A stretch of DNA of 51,768 bases. Origin: Caldisericota bacterium. Lineage in GTDB: Bacteria > Caldisericota > Caldisericia > Cryosericales > Cryosericaceae. The notes under the pieces are model-generated. The model did no database searches. It was not told the DNA's origin and was given only the letters and a program-made list of their open reading frames with translations. The position numbers and the translations under genes were made by a program. Every line of letters starts with the position of its first letter. Within the stretch, counting starts at the first letter, position 1. Below, piece by piece: positions 18,250-27,934 of this stretch. The DNA lies in assembly GCA_026390195.1 (NCBI GenBank), contig JAPLGK010000024.1, forward strand, positions 1 to 51,768, given 5' to 3'.

Positions 18250-19050
18250 ATGGAGTATCAGGGAACCGTCATACGTCCGGAGGACAGTGTCCGGGCATTC
18301 TTCAACCGGGTCTATGGCTGGATGGCCGGAGGACTCGCTCTGACCGCAGCTATTGCCTGGTTCGTCGGAAGCAACCAAGCGATCCAGCAGGTCATCTTTG
18401 GCAACTCGCTTGTGTTCATACTCCTCATTGTTGCTGAGTTCGGTCTGGTCATCGGGCTGTCGCGCGCCATCGCCAGGATGTCTCCGCAAACGGCGGGGCT
18501 CCTGTTCCTCACGTATGCCGCAGTGAACGGGCTCACCCTGTCTTCCATTTTCATCGTGTATGCGAAGGGAGATATCACGATGGCGTTTGTCGCCTCGGCA
18601 GGCATGTTCCTGGCCATGTCGCTGGTTGGGTCGGCGACGCGCATGGACCTGTCGAGGGTCGGCAACATTGCCCTGTTCGGGCTGTTCGGCATCATCGGCA
18701 TGTCCATCATCAACATCTTCACCAAGAGCTCCGGTCTGGACTTCCTGATCAGCATCGTCGGCATCGTCGTCTTCCTGGGGCTGACCGCCTGGGATACCCA
18801 GAAGCTGCGCAGGATGGCGCTCAGTCTGGATCCCGCGGGTGACAACCCCATCACGATGGCTGGAGAAGACCGCCCCTCCGAATACACCCCTCGGATAGAG
18901 CAACATCCTCAGGGGGATTGGAGTAAAGTCCTTGGGGGCAACCCGCAGGCCCAGAAAGTGGCAGTCATCGGCGCTCTGAGCCTATATCTGGACTTGGTCA
19001 ACCTGTTCCTGTTCGTCCTCAGGTTCTTTGGTGGCCGAAGGCGCGACTGA
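18250..19050 (+). CDS. Bax inhibitor-1/YccA (YbhL-like) membrane protein
   Basis: FFNRVYGWM, GLTAWDTQKL, ALSLYLDLVNLF. Confidence 0.9.
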   Translation: MEYQGTVIRPEDSVRAFFNRVYGWMAGGLALTAAIAWFVGSNQAIQQVIFGNSLVFILLIVAEFGLVIGLSRAIARMSPQTAGLLFLTYAAVNGLTLSSIFIVYAKGDITMAFVASAGMFLAMSLVGSATRMDLSRVGNIALFGLFGIIGMSIINIFTKSSGLDFLISIVGIVVFLGLTAWDTQKLRRMALSLDPAGDNPITMAGEDRPSEYTPRIEQHPQGDWSKVLGGNPQAQKVAVIGALSLYLDLVNLFLFVLRFFGGRRRD

Positions 19051-19161
19051 CTCACGCCGATGTTGTGAATGCGGCTGGACCACTCATCTGGAGTGGTTCA
19101 GCCATTTGTTCCTCAACGGAATCGTTGCAGCTGCTTCAGCGGGTGGTATAATCGCCCCACT

Positions 19162-20205
19162 ATGGACACAACACGACTTGTGAGGGTGTTCCACAGGAGA
19201 AAGGCCGTCCTCTTTGCTGTCCTGGGTGTCCTTCTTGGTGGGCTCTTCCTCTGGAGTGCAGGCGTTCACGCGTATGTTGTCAACGATGCAGGCAACAAGA
19301 CGCGGATCGTCGCGTTCCACAGCATGTCAGTGAGCACCGTCCTGGCGAAGGCGAACACTCGTGCCTTGCGCCCGGAAGATGTGGTATCACCGGATGTCGC
19401 CGTGGTCATCTCTCATGGGGAAATCGCTATCGTGCGCGCCAAGCCGGTCACGCTCACTATCGATCATACCAGTGAAACCATCTACTCGACCGTGGAGACG
19501 GTCGGAGAGCTTCTGGCGGACAACGGCATCAAGCTGAGCACTGAAGACAAGATCAACCCTGATCCAACGGATCCGGTGCCGTACAACGATGACGTCGTCA
19601 TCATGCGCACGACCTATGCCTACACCAGCAAGACCGAGACGATAGCCTATAAGCGCGTCTACGAGAAGAATCCGTACATGGAAGTCGGACGCAGTTACAT
19701 CAGTGTCATGGGCCAGAACGGTCTCCTCCAGAAGACCGTCAAGGTGACCAAGGTCGCCCAGCAGGCAGTCAGTTCAACTGTCGTCAAGACACAGACCATA
19801 AAGCCCGTTGTTCACGAGGTCTATGAGGTCGGTGCCGCTCGCCTGGACATCAAGCCAACGCGCACGTACACGATGTCTGCCACCGCCTATTCGAACAGAC
19901 GCTCCACGATTCTCGACGGCAAGGACCACCTGTATGGCTACTCAGGCTTGTGGCTTCACTACGGGACCTGTGCAGTCGACCGGCGCCTCATTCCCATGGG
20001 AACAGTCCTGTATATCGAAGGATATGGCTACGCGGTCGCAGCGGATACGGGTACCAGCATCAATGGGAACTGCATCGATCTGTTCTTCAACTCGTTTGGC
20101 GACGCGTGCAGGTGGGGTCGCCGATCGGTCAGAGTCTACGTCCTGCCTATCACGCGGAATCAGCTCTACAGCAAGCTTGGCGTCGATCCCTCCAACCCAA
20201 GGTAG
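19162..20205 (+). CDS. YabE-like DUF348-G5-3D cell-wall protein
   Basis: N-terminal TM; DUF348 repeats; G5; MSATAY, AVDRRLIPMGT, AADTG, IDLF. Confidence 0.85.
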   Translation: MDTTRLVRVFHRRKAVLFAVLGVLLGGLFLWSAGVHAYVVNDAGNKTRIVAFHSMSVSTVLAKANTRALRPEDVVSPDVAVVISHGEIAIVRAKPVTLTIDHTSETIYSTVETVGELLADNGIKLSTEDKINPDPTDPVPYNDDVVIMRTTYAYTSKTETIAYKRVYEKNPYMEVGRSYISVMGQNGLLQKTVKVTKVAQQAVSSTVVKTQTIKPVVHEVYEVGAARLDIKPTRTYTMSATAYSNRRSTILDGKDHLYGYSGLWLHYGTCAVDRRLIPMGTVLYIEGYGYAVAADTGTSINGNCIDLFFNSFGDACRWGRRSVRVYVLPITRNQLYSKLGVDPSNPR

Positions 20206-20216
20206 CAGATGCGCAT

Positions 20217-20240
20217 ACCCCCGGCATCGATGCCGGGGGT
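20217..20240. terminator. Perfect 24-bp palindrome between convergent genes (likely terminator)
   Basis: ACCCCCGGCATCGATGCCGGGGGT. Confidence 0.6.
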
Positions 20241-20378
20241 TCGGTCGTCCTCGGTTGCCCTGTCGGAGCAGAGGTATCCAGAGGAAATGTCAACTGCACT
20301 CCGGCCACGCAACCACCCGCAGGGCGCTCTGGTGCCGGATTCCTGGTGGCGAGGGAACCAACAGGCTCGAACAGCCGG

Positions 20379-21335
20379 TCAGGTGGAGCACGTGAAGTCG
20401 TAGATCTGCCGGCTGTCGACTCCGCGCTTGCTCAGTGCTGACAGCAGCAGCTCCGCGCGTTCCAGGTGCACTTCGATGACGTTGAGGTCGAACGGCAGTT
20501 GCCCAAGCTTCCCTCGCGTCAGGTGCCGTGCGTCGAGGACTCTGTCAGCAGCCACGTCCCGCGGGTCCACCAGACGGGCGGTTCCCGTAAGCTGGAGCCC
20601 CCCGACATCTGCCATCGTGTGATACGGGTCGAAGACGCAGACCGACACATGCGGGTTCGAGAGCAGATTAGCGAACTTGACGCCGCCCTCGCTGAGGAAG
20701 TATAGGCAACCCTGGGTATAGATGTATTCGATAGGGGTTGCGCGGATACCCGCGTCGCCAGCGGTGGCAAGGGCGCACGTATCGTGCGAGCAGAGGAAGC
20801 GCTCGATCTCGGAGCGCAGCTGTCCGTCGTCCAGGTGGCAACCCAGGGAGTCTCGGATGTCCCTCAGCTTGAGGCCCCACGCTGCCACGGCAGACCAGTC
20901 CAGCGTGTCGGCGTTGTTCACCGAGGAACCGGTAGCACAGGCAAAGGCTTCCATTGTTGCGCGGTCGGCGGTGTCCAGGGAGGCCACATCCAAACGACCC
21001 CCCAGCGATGTTCCAGAGACGAGCGACGGACCGATCAGGCGGGACAGCGAGGTGCGGTAGCGCCCCTTGTCATCCGGTGCCAGGCTGGAAGTGAACAGCG
21101 CGACCTTACGCTGGGCGAGCCAGTCCCGGTTCTCCTCCACGAAGCGCGTGGCACGGGGATCAGGGACTTCTCCAAAAATGGGGGTTCCGATGACGACGAA
21201 TTCGCAGGCGCATGCCGCCGGAGCGAATCCCTCGACGGGCGATGCGCGTGCCGGTCCTAGGATTCGGGCAAGTGCCCGGGCGATGTCCCGGGTGGTACCA
21301 TAGTGTGAGACGTAGAGGACACAGGTGTGGATCAT
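20379..21335 (-). CDS. Flavodoxin (HemG-like) fused to a pyridoxamine 5'-phosphate oxidase-like domain
   Basis: YVSHYGTTRDIA...GTPIF; second domain CALAT, RATPIEY, KFANL..NP.VS. Confidence 0.75.
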   Translation of the reverse strand: MIHTCVLYVSHYGTTRDIARALARILGPARASPVEGFAPAACACEFVVIGTPIFGEVPDPRATRFVEENRDWLAQRKVALFTSSLAPDDKGRYRTSLSRLIGPSLVSGTSLGGRLDVASLDTADRATMEAFACATGSSVNNADTLDWSAVAAWGLKLRDIRDSLGCHLDDGQLRSEIERFLCSHDTCALATAGDAGIRATPIEYIYTQGCLYFLSEGGVKFANLLSNPHVSVCVFDPYHTMADVGGLQLTGTARLVDPRDVAADRVLDARHLTRGKLGQLPFDLNVIEVHLERAELLLSALSKRGVDSRQIYDFTCST

Positions 21336-21342
21336 GGCATGT

Positions 21343-22530
21343 TCAGAGACCGCGTTCGCGGATGAGGGCTGGCTTTCCGTCTTCGATGAGGACTTCTGAT
21401 AGGAGTGGGCGGCCGTTGTAGGTTGAACTCATGGACCACCCATACGCGCCCGTGTCGCGGATAGCAAGAAGATCTCCCTGCTCAGGAAGCGGCATGGGGA
21501 TGTCCTGGGCGAAGCAGTCTGCGGACTCGCAGACGGGGCCGACGATATCGCACGGGGTTGGCTCCGCATCCCTCCGGGTCACCGGGAGGATCGCATGATG
21601 CGCCTGGTACAGCGCTGGACGAATGAGGTCGTTCATGCCAGCGTCCACGACCACAAACGTCCTGGCATAGCGTTTGCGGTACAGGACACGTGTCACCAGC
21701 GTGCCTGCGTGTCCCACAATGTACCTGCCTGGTTCAAACCACAGCTTCATGCCTCGGGGAACATCGCGGTGCAGGAGAACCTGCAGGTCCTCCACGGCGA
21801 AGTCGGCACCTTCCTCATAGTTGATGCCGAATCCTCCTCCCATGTCCAGACCGCTCACAGGGATGCCGTCGCCCATCAGGGAGTCACGCAGCTCCAACAG
21901 GCGCGCCAGAGCCTTGCGATAGGGCTCGAGGCTTGTGATCTGGCTGCCGATATGGCAGGAAATGGTGTCGGGCACCAGCCCAGCGTCCAAAGCCAGTCTG
22001 AACGCGTCAGGGGCAGCGTCGATTGGGATGCCGAACTTGTCCTGCTCTGTCCCGGTGGTGATGTACTGATGGGTGTGTGCATCGACGCCGGGGTTGATGC
22101 GGACGCCGACATGGGCGCCCGTTCGCAGGTGGGCAATCGCAGCCAGCTCCTCCTCGCTTTCGGCGTTGATGAAGATGCCACGGTCCAGCGCAAATGACAG
22201 TTCTTCGTGTGTTTTTCCAACACCGGAGAAGACGATGCGGTCCGCAGGACAGCCGGCACCCAAGGCATCCTGGATTTCTCCCCGGCTCACCGTGTCGGCC
22301 CCGATGCCCATGCTGAAGACAAGTGCGAGGAGCACAGGGTTCGCGTTGGCCTTGACGGCGTAGCGGAGTGATCCGATCGTGCCCAGACTCTGCATCAGAC
22401 GGGCGGCCTGCCTGCGGATCGAGGAGGCCGAGTAGACGTAGACGGGAGTGCCGTATTCCCTCGCGATGCTGGCGAGAGGCAAACGGTCAAGCATGAGATC
22501 CGAGCCCTGGTACATGAGGTCGTTGTTCAT
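21343..22530 (-). CDS. lysA: Diaminopimelate decarboxylase
   Basis: YGTPVYVY, YAVKAN, RINP, KFG, HIGSQI, DMGGGFG, EPGR, GPVCESAD, GAYG.SMSSTYN. Confidence 0.95.
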   Translation of the reverse strand: MNNDLMYQGSDLMLDRLPLASIAREYGTPVYVYSASSIRRQAARLMQSLGTIGSLRYAVKANANPVLLALVFSMGIGADTVSRGEIQDALGAGCPADRIVFSGVGKTHEELSFALDRGIFINAESEEELAAIAHLRTGAHVGVRINPGVDAHTHQYITTGTEQDKFGIPIDAAPDAFRLALDAGLVPDTISCHIGSQITSLEPYRKALARLLELRDSLMGDGIPVSGLDMGGGFGINYEEGADFAVEDLQVLLHRDVPRGMKLWFEPGRYIVGHAGTLVTRVLYRKRYARTFVVVDAGMNDLIRPALYQAHHAILPVTRRDAEPTPCDIVGPVCESADCFAQDIPMPLPEQGDLLAIRDTGAYGWSMSSTYNGRPLLSEVLIEDGKPALIRERGL

Positions 22531-22919
22531 CTTGGTCCTTTCTGGCATGATACCGTGCATCTGCCGTTGGACGAGACGATGGTTGGCGCGTCCAGGTTGC
22601 ACCCATGCCAGTCTTCTCATCATGTGCTCGTGGCCCGTCCTGTCAAGTGAGCGTCCCATCGGGCGTCGCAGTCGTCCTTGAAGCCCGTCGCCCACCCCGC
22701 AGGCTGAGGCCACCGCGGAGCGGGAGCCGTTGAACTTCACCCGGATTCGCCAAATGACGTCCAGCAGGAGAGGCAGTCAGTTCACACGCTCTCAAGGAAT
22801 CCATGTGCGCTCTTGCAGTCAGAAAGGTGTTCCCTATACTGACGTCAATACGGGTTACTTGAGACGAGTCTAGGCGCAGCGGTCAGAGTTGTTACACGTT
22901 CTTCCAAGGGGGTGCAAGG

Positions 22920-23618
22920 ATGGAGACTGCGAAGTTCTGTACTCAGTGTGGTGAGGCATTGCCACCGGAGGCGAAGCACTGTCCACATTGCGGGGCGGAA
23001 GTCATGGTCGTGCAGGCGCCAGGGTCTGGTGAGGTCGAGCAGCCGATTTCTTCTTCTCCCGTTCCACCTGTTCATCAGCAAGGGTCGTCGGGAGGACCGC
23101 ATGGGGCGCCTGCCTCGGCGCAGCCTGTTCCATCGGGTGGAATCGGTACGGTCCCGCCGCAAGAGCCATATGGTGGTCCACCTCCACCTGCCAGGGTCTA
23201 TCGGGCTGGATCACCACAGGGGATGATGGCACCAGGGCGGCTTCCTTCTCGGAAGCGGCTTGGTGGTGGAACACTGACGCTGATGGCCGGAGTCATCATG
23301 CTGGCCATGCATGCATTGGTGTGGAAAGGTCAGCTGACCTGGGCGAATGCGGGTTTTGATTGTTCCGTCATCGTGGCCGGACTTCTCATGCTGTTTGCGA
23401 GAGGGGGACGTCGTGTCGCGCTTGCCTTTGTGGTGAGCCTGGCTGTATCGGCCCTGAATCTAGCCTTTCTCTGGGCAGTTCTTAAGACGGTGGTTGCTGC
23501 GGGGTCTGCTGGACTCGCAATACTCTTCTCGTCAGGAATATGGGTGTCGGTGACGGCGCTGGCCGTGGTCCTGATCGGGTTCCTCGCTGGACTGTTGAGT
23601 CTGTTCCGTCGTTCCTGA
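22920..23618 (+). CDS. Zinc-ribbon membrane protein
   Basis: FCTQCG...HCPHCG, Pro-rich linker, 4 TMs; upstream TTGCAG-16-TATACT. Confidence 0.75.
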   Translation: METAKFCTQCGEALPPEAKHCPHCGAEVMVVQAPGSGEVEQPISSSPVPPVHQQGSSGGPHGAPASAQPVPSGGIGTVPPQEPYGGPPPPARVYRAGSPQGMMAPGRLPSRKRLGGGTLTLMAGVIMLAMHALVWKGQLTWANAGFDCSVIVAGLLMLFARGGRRVALAFVVSLAVSALNLAFLWAVLKTVVAAGSAGLAILFSSGIWVSVTALAVVLIGFLAGLLSLFRRS

Positions 23619-23768
23619 CAGGAGATAGCAGCCACGGCGTCGGAAGAATGGTAGCGTCTGACACGTAAGGACCGCTTCGACGGGGCTGGGGGCGCTACCC
23701 ATCCCCGTCTATTGTCACTCCAGGATTGGCAGCGCATCGAAGCCTGCTACACTGAAGATGGGGAATAG

Positions 23769-24290
23769 ATGAGACTCTACAAGTCACGCAGTTCATACAG
23801 GACAGGTCCTCGCTCATCCAGGAGTGTGGACGGGGCTCGCTATCGTGCTAGGTCCCGGTACAAGGTGGCGCCTTCGGCCAAGCCGGAACAGGCACGCTCC
23901 ACCTGGCGGGATTCGGAGGAGTTGGCGAAGATCCGGCGAGGTCTTCCAGTCTTCCTGGCGTTCTGTGTCGTCCTGGCGATGGTTCTGCCCATTTTCTTCG
24001 GACAGATCAGGCGCGTCATGGCGCCAGAAGGTGAGACCGTTGTCCACATCCAGGCGACCCAGAAGGGGACGCCTTGGTCGGGGCACCTCGCCTTCCGATT
24101 GAATGGAGCGCAGCAGTGGACCGCTTCAATGGTCCCCTACGAAGTCATCGTGCGCCCAGGTGTCTACACCCTGACCGTGACCGGTGGCGGACCTCCTGAC
24201 GCCAGGCTGCTCGGCGTTGCGCCAGTGGGTTCACAGCTAGGTCGCGCCGGAGAGACGATCACGTTCACGGCGGAGTTTGCCTCTCCATAG
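23769..24290 (+). CDS. Hypothetical single-TM protein
   Basis: Basic N-terminus, one TM, beta-rich C-domain; upstream TTGGCA-16-TACACT. Confidence 0.6.
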   Translation: MRLYKSRSSYRTGPRSSRSVDGARYRARSRYKVAPSAKPEQARSTWRDSEELAKIRRGLPVFLAFCVVLAMVLPIFFGQIRRVMAPEGETVVHIQATQKGTPWSGHLAFRLNGAQQWTASMVPYEVIVRPGVYTLTVTGGGPPDARLLGVAPVGSQLGRAGETITFTAEFASP

Positions 24291-24359
24291 ATCTCAATCA
24301 CTAGTTCCATTCCTGACGCTCCCGCTGGTTCCACTGCAGCTGGCCTGTTGTTCTTGCCC

Positions 24360-24428
24360 GCCATTCCCGTGGACGGGGGAGTCCATTTCTCGTACCAGTG
24401 TCAGATGCCTGCCCTCGCGGGCAAGACG
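24360..24428. repeat. Degenerate inverted REP doublet (same family as 13093/14277)
   Basis: GCCATTCCCGTGGACGGGGGAGTCCA, then reverse-strand CGTCTTGCCCGCGAGGGCAGGCATCTG. Confidence 0.5.
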
Positions 24429-24859
24429 AGGGGTCGCCCTCCCCGGGCAGGCAGGGGAGAACGCGATGAATCCCCGGATGTGGAACCCGCTTTCTGGAGG
24501 TAATCATGCTCTTGCATATACTGGCCGGAGCACCGCAGTTGCATCCTTGAAGGGGAGGCGTGCATGGTTCTTCACCGGCATCATGAAGCGTTTGCGGACA
24601 TCGGCTTTGCTGTTCTGCTCATAGTCATGGTGGTATTCCAGCCGATGGCTCCGTCAGGGAGCGTGAGCGCTGCAAACACGAGTTCCGTGTGACACCTGGT
24701 CAGTCAGAAGTCCCGCAACATTTCCTACACCGAGGCGGCAACCGACGCCCGCATTCTTCACAGGATTGGGTGTACGAAACCATGTGTCGTGGCGTACTAG
24801 AAGTGGCAGCATCCATGGGTGCCGCACTCCGGGGGTGACCCCGTAACAGAGGAGACCAC

Positions 24860-25717
24860 ATGAGGAAAACGTTGGGAAAGGTTGTCCTGGCAGTTGTCAT
24901 CGCCGGGCTCCTTACAGGCGGTATCGCCATAGTATCAGCAGCGACCAAGGTACGGACCGTGACGACGCCACAAGGGACCAGTGTCGATGTCATCTCGGTG
25001 ACGGGCACAGTGACGGAGGTTTCGACCGCAAGCACTGCTGAGTCCGGCAAGGGTTTCATGGGCATGTTCCGCCGTGGACCTGCGGGCTATGCGAAGATCA
25101 AGGACACCGCGGACGGGACGATCTACAGGCTACAGCTTGGGCGCGAAGAAGCGGCAGGTATTACGATGAAGGTCGGTGACACCGTCACGGTCGAAGGGAC
25201 GTCGGAAACACGAAATGGTGTCAACGAACTACGGATCTGGACCTTCACCGGCGCGGATGGCAAGACCGTCACACTGCGCAAGGCCGACGGGACGCCCAAC
25301 ATCGAGACGGTGAGCGTCGCAGGAACGGTTACTGAAGTCAATGTGCCGACCACGACGACCCCCTCGACTGGTGATACGACGAAGCCAGCTCCAAAGGCAA
25401 TGACAACGATCAAGGTCAAACAGGCCGACGGTACCATCGTGACAGTGGTCCTCGGACGCGACTCCGCTGACGTCACCGTGCAGGTCGGCGATATCGTCAA
25501 GATCGAAGGCTTCAAGACCTCGATGGACGCGAACACGATCATGGCTACCTCGTTCACGGGTGCTGACGGCAAGACCATAAGTCTTGGTGGCAAAGGATTC
25601 GGAGGTTGTGGCATGCCCGGCGGCCGGCGTGATGGGCAGGGTGCCGGCGGTGGGTTCCATGGTGGCATGAAGGGTCCAGGATCTGTCTCGGGCTCCTCCA
25701 CACCGTCTAGCACATAG
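24860..25717 (+). CDS. Secreted protein with two OB-fold-like repeats and a Gly-rich tail
   Basis: Signal peptide; repeated SV.GTVTEV...ADGTI...LGR...VGD.V..EG...FTGADGKT; SD AGAGGAG. Confidence 0.75.
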   Translation: MRKTLGKVVLAVVIAGLLTGGIAIVSAATKVRTVTTPQGTSVDVISVTGTVTEVSTASTAESGKGFMGMFRRGPAGYAKIKDTADGTIYRLQLGREEAAGITMKVGDTVTVEGTSETRNGVNELRIWTFTGADGKTVTLRKADGTPNIETVSVAGTVTEVNVPTTTTPSTGDTTKPAPKAMTTIKVKQADGTIVTVVLGRDSADVTVQVGDIVKIEGFKTSMDANTIMATSFTGADGKTISLGGKGFGGCGMPGGRRDGQGAGGGFHGGMKGPGSVSGSSTPSST

Positions 25718-25741
25718 TACGCGCTTCCTCCCTGGACGTGA

Positions 25742-25769
25742 TTTGACCCCCGCTTCGGCGGGGGTCAAA
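25742..25769 (+). terminator. Hairpin terminator
   Basis: TTTGACCCCCGC-TTCG-GCGGGGGTCAAA. Confidence 0.65.
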
Positions 25770-25804
25770 CATGCATAGATGGGAAATCCCTCGCGTTCCT
25801 TTCC

Positions 25805-25873
25805 GTGGTTCCCCTCGAGGCAGGAACCCATGTCCCTGAGAAAACACTGATGGCAGTCTGCCCGGCCATGACG
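25805..25873. repeat. Degenerate inverted REP doublet
   Basis: GTGGTTCCCCTCGAGGCAGGAACCCA and reverse-strand CGTCATGGCCGGGCAGACTGCCATC. Confidence 0.4.
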
Positions 25874-26030
25874 AATCAGCGGGCTGTCATCAGCCGACTG
25901 GGATCAGACAACGGGGTTTGTGCCACATCGGGACACAAATGGGGTATAATGGCGAAGCACAGGCAGCAGAGGGTACCGTCCGCCGTCCTGCCGGGTTCGC
26001 GGTGGAGAAATCGCTGCAGAGGGGGTTCAC

Positions 26031-27500
26031 GTGTCCAACAGGTTCAGTGTGAACGTCGGTGGCAAGTCGTTCGACGTCGAGATTGAGGAAATCGGTGCGA
26101 GAAGCAAACCAGACCGGGCATCCCCATCCTCAAGTATGGCTCCGGCTCACAAGGTCGGCATCATGGAGACGATCCTCCGGGACGCGCAGCAGTCGCTCAT
26201 TGCCACCCGCATGACCACGAAGGAGATGGAGCCTGCGTTCGAGGCGATCGACGCGGTCGGATACCATTCCATCGAGATGTGGGGCGGGGCGACCTTCGAC
26301 TCCTGCCTGCGCTTTCTCCACGAAGACCCATGGGAACGCTTGCGCACGGTGCGCCATGCCATGAAGCATACCAAGCTGCAGATGCTGCTGCGCGGTCAGA
26401 ATGTCCTCGGCTACAAGAACTATGCCGACGATGTCGTGGACGCCTTTGTCGAGAAGTCGCTCAAGAATGGCATCGACATCATCCGCGTCTTCGACGCACT
26501 CAATGACATGCGTAACGTGGAACGTGCCATCTGGACGACCAAGAAGCTGGGTGGCACCGCTCAGGGCTGCATCGTCTTCACCATCGCTCCGACCTATACG
26601 ATCGACAAGTATGTGGGTATCGCCCGCGAGCTCGAGCAGATGGGCGTCGACAGCATCGCCATCAAGGACATGGCTGGCCTCCTGACCCCTTATTCGACCT
26701 ACGACCTGGTGGCGGCGCTGAAGGAGATGACCAGCCTGCCCATTCAGATCCACAGCCACTACACGACCGGCCTGGCGGGACAGTCGTACCTCAAGGGGAT
26801 CGAGGCTGGAGCCGACGTCGTCGACTGCGCCATCTCTCCATTTGCCAACGCAACGTCGCAGCCGTGTACCGAGACCATGGTGGCCGCGCTCAAAGGAACG
26901 CCGTACGACACGGGTATCGACCTCGAAGCCCTGAACGCTGTGGCGCAGTTCTTCATCCCGGTCCGCGAGAAGGCGCTGGAGTCGGGTTTGCTGGACGCCA
27001 AGGTGATGGGGGTCGATGTGAACGCGCTCATCTACCAGCTGCCCGGCGGCATGATCTCCAACATGGTCAGCCAGCTCAAGCAGGCCAACATGCTCGACCG
27101 GTACCAGGAGGTTCTCAAGGAGGTGCCACAGGTGCGCGCGGACCTGGGCTACCCGCCCCTCGTTACGCCCACGTCGCAGATCGTCGGCACGCAGGCCGTG
27201 TTCAACGTGATGATGGGCCGGTACGTGCAATGCACCAAGGAGACCAAGGCGCTCGTCAGGGGAGAGTACGGCCGCGCGTCGGTGCCGATCTCGGACGAGA
27301 TCAAGCAGCTGATCATCGGCGACGAACCGACCATCGACTGCCGTCCCGCGGACCTGATCGAACCTCAGATGGCCAAGTTCCAGGGCGAGGTCAAGGAGTA
27401 TGCCCAGCAGGAGGAAGACGTCCTGTCGTATGCCATCTTCCCTCAGGTGGCACTCGACTTCTTCAAGTGGCGCAAGGAACAGCAGGAGAACAAGGCTTGA
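26031..27500 (+). CDS. oadA: Oxaloacetate decarboxylase alpha / pyruvate carboxylase B carboxyltransferase subunit (no biotinyl domain)
   Basis: ETILRDAQQSLIATR, WGGATFD, MLLRGQN, RVFDALND, IKDMAG, HSH, PGGM.SN, GYPPLVTPTSQIVG. Confidence 0.9.
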   Translation: MSNRFSVNVGGKSFDVEIEEIGARSKPDRASPSSSMAPAHKVGIMETILRDAQQSLIATRMTTKEMEPAFEAIDAVGYHSIEMWGGATFDSCLRFLHEDPWERLRTVRHAMKHTKLQMLLRGQNVLGYKNYADDVVDAFVEKSLKNGIDIIRVFDALNDMRNVERAIWTTKKLGGTAQGCIVFTIAPTYTIDKYVGIARELEQMGVDSIAIKDMAGLLTPYSTYDLVAALKEMTSLPIQIHSHYTTGLAGQSYLKGIEAGADVVDCAISPFANATSQPCTETMVAALKGTPYDTGIDLEALNAVAQFFIPVREKALESGLLDAKVMGVDVNALIYQLPGGMISNMVSQLKQANMLDRYQEVLKEVPQVRADLGYPPLVTPTSQIVGTQAVFNVMMGRYVQCTKETKALVRGEYGRASVPISDEIKQLIIGDEPTIDCRPADLIEPQMAKFQGEVKEYAQQEEDVLSYAIFPQVALDFFKWRKEQQENKA

Positions 27501-27934
27501 TTGACCATTTCCTGTCCAGCAAGCTGTCGGGGGCCCTTGCACGAAGGCCCCGTTCGCATCCCGGGCGTGTCCACGGAGACTGCTCGCCCTCTTCACGATT
27601 CGCCACAGGTGTGTGCTGATGCATCAAGGCGCCGAACGATTGCTGAGACAATTCGCTTGGTGCTCAGAGCCCCGCCCTACCTGTTGCTTGACAAAAGATG
27701 CCGTTCGTGTAATGTTGAAATAGATGTTGATGTGCCTTGCCATACGCCGTGGCGCAACAGGGACGTGCACCATGTGTGTGGAGACTGGTGTTGCGTCTTT
27801 GCAAACTGGTAACCGTGACTGAGCAACTGAGGTTGATTAATGCGATAACTGCCTGCGAGGAAGGAGGTCCTCGCCAACCACCGTTCCACCTGAACTCGTT
27901 TTCAGCAACTACCCTACTAAGGAAGGAGAATTAC

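Noticed and set aside
22531-22850. Lysine riboswitch upstream of lysA
   Set aside because: The candidate promoter leaves only about 80 nt of leader, and no L-box motifs were seen
26130-27596. Long antisense ORFs (e.g. 488 aa opposite oadA, 411 aa at 9479-10714)
   Set aside because: Typical shadows of GC3-biased genes, with no motifs
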